This document shows positions 63,191 to 64,000 of a stretch of 64,000 nt of DNA, piece by piece. Below the pieces are notes generated by a model. The model saw nothing but the letters and a program-made list of their open reading frames with translations, searched no databases and was not told the DNA's origin. How positions within the stretch are numbered: the stretch's first letter is position 1; each line of letters starts with the position of its first letter. The translations under genes and the position numbers were made by a program. Source of the stretch: Verrucomicrobiales bacterium (lineage in GTDB: Bacteria > Verrucomicrobiota > Verrucomicrobiia > Limisphaerales > UBA9464); assembly GCA_027488845.1 (NCBI GenBank), contig JAIYBC010000055.1, positions 43,191 through 107,190 on the forward strand, in the 5' to 3' direction.

Positions 63191-64000
63191 CTATCTTCCC
63201 TGCCGGATGCGGATCCGGCGGTACTCCATCTGGCCCATGTCGCCCTCGAGTCCGATCGGACCGGTGGCGGGCACCTTGAAGGCGGCCTCGATCACCTCGC
63301 CGTTGCAGGTGCAGCGGGCAGTGCCTCCGGTCACGACGACTTCCAGGTCGTTCCAATCCTGGGCGCGGTAGTTCTTCAGGTCCTTGTAGGGACCGGCAAT
63401 CGGGTAGTCGCGGCACTGCAGCTGGGGTCCACGCAGGAACACGCCGCTGTCCGCGTTCGGTGTCGCCCGGAACTGGAGCCGCAGCGTGAAGTCGCCGGTG
63501 AACTCGCGGGTCGTCCACATCTGCTGGATGCGTCGGGTCTCCGGCGGTTGGGTGACGATGATCCTTCCATGACGCGCCACGTAGCGGTGGTCCGGGCTCT
63601 TGGTCAGGCCGTCGAAGGCCTGCGCGCGGGTCACGATCGGCCAGTCCGGGGCGTTCGGATCGTTCTTCTTCCAGTTGGCGGCGCCCTGGATGTCGGCTTC
63701 CGGCGTCACCCGGACGCCCCAGCCGGTCAGGTCCCGGCCGTTGAAGAGGCTCTCGAATCCGGCCTCGGGCGTGAACGCTTCCGGCTCCCGTTCCAGGAAG
63801 CCCAAGGTGCCCAGCACCGGGCGGAGCGCGGCGGCCCACTTCGCGTAGCCGACGGCGTTCGGATGGAGCAGGTCGGGGAACTCCGACGCCTTGGCGTCAC
63901 CCTTGGCGTCCGCGAAGAGCGGCCACGTCTCCAGGAGGAAGGTGTTCCGGTCGCCCTTCTTGATCTCGGCGTACAGGCGGTTGATCTCGCGGATCTTGTC
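63191..64000 (-). CDS. SGNH/GDSL-hydrolase-like domain fused to a DUF1080 (3-keto-disaccharide hydrolase-like) domain; 5' end lies outside the window
   Basis: The frame is open from the right edge: DKIREINRLYAEIKK...FPDLLHPNAVGYAKWAAALRPVLGTL, which is SGNH block V (DxxH). It continues into FESLFNGRDLTGWG...SGVFLRG...IGLEGDMGQMEYRRIRI, the DUF1080 pattern. Confidence 0.7.
   Translation of the reverse strand, partial: DKIREINRLYAEIKKGDRNTFLLETWPLFADAKGDAKASEFPDLLHPNAVGYAKWAAALRPVLGTLGFLEREPEAFTPEAGFESLFNGRDLTGWGVRVTPEADIQGAANWKKNDPNAPDWPIVTRAQAFDGLTKSPDHRYVARHGRIIVTQPPETRRIQQMWTTREFTGDFTLRLQFRATPNADSGVFLRGPQLQCRDYPIAGPYKDLKNYRAQDWNDLEVVVTGGTARCTCNGEVIEAAFKVPATGPIGLEGDMGQMEYRRIRIRQGR

Overview
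The window is a visibly GC-rich bacterial chromosomal segment with dense coding on both strands. I infer a PVC-group origin, probably Verrucomicrobiota. The basis is gene content only: a pseudopilin-like protein with an N-terminal methylation motif, a CotH protein with lamin-tail domains, and DUF1080, YdjY-like and DUF6288/HEAT-like secreted proteins.

The backbone is housekeeping:
- yidC (3' end) and jag
- tRNA-Thr
- ispH
- nusA-infB-rbfA-nrnA-truB
- prfB, ftsY, nusB, thiH
- tRNA-Ser
- proC, a Prc-type S41 protease and an MscS channel

Accessory blocks lie between these genes:
- a co-directional cluster of porin, mini-PBP, MCP, MoxR and PhzF
- an epimerase plus a GT2 glycosyltransferase
- a CusCBA-type metal efflux operon preceded by a small Cys/His-rich membrane ORF
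- a translationally coupled trio of secreted proteins of unknown role
- a TetR-controlled multidrug efflux operon

The most unusual observation is in that last operon. A complete RND permease and a complete NodT-type outer-membrane factor are encoded as one uninterrupted 1533-codon ORF. The junction looks like a former signal peptide in which the lipobox Cys is replaced by Phe.

Other points worth a second look:
- a prfC gene cut off after its GTPase domain, next to an AT-rich patch
- an in-frame TGA inside a pseudopilin-like gene
- two nested-palindrome repeat elements of about 80-90 bp
- a pair of TGACYGGTCA operator-like palindromes

I saw no CRISPR array, rRNA, transposase or integrase. 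Most very long ORFs in the supplied track are antisense artefacts of the high GC content. All family assignments come from reading motifs by eye; no database search was run.
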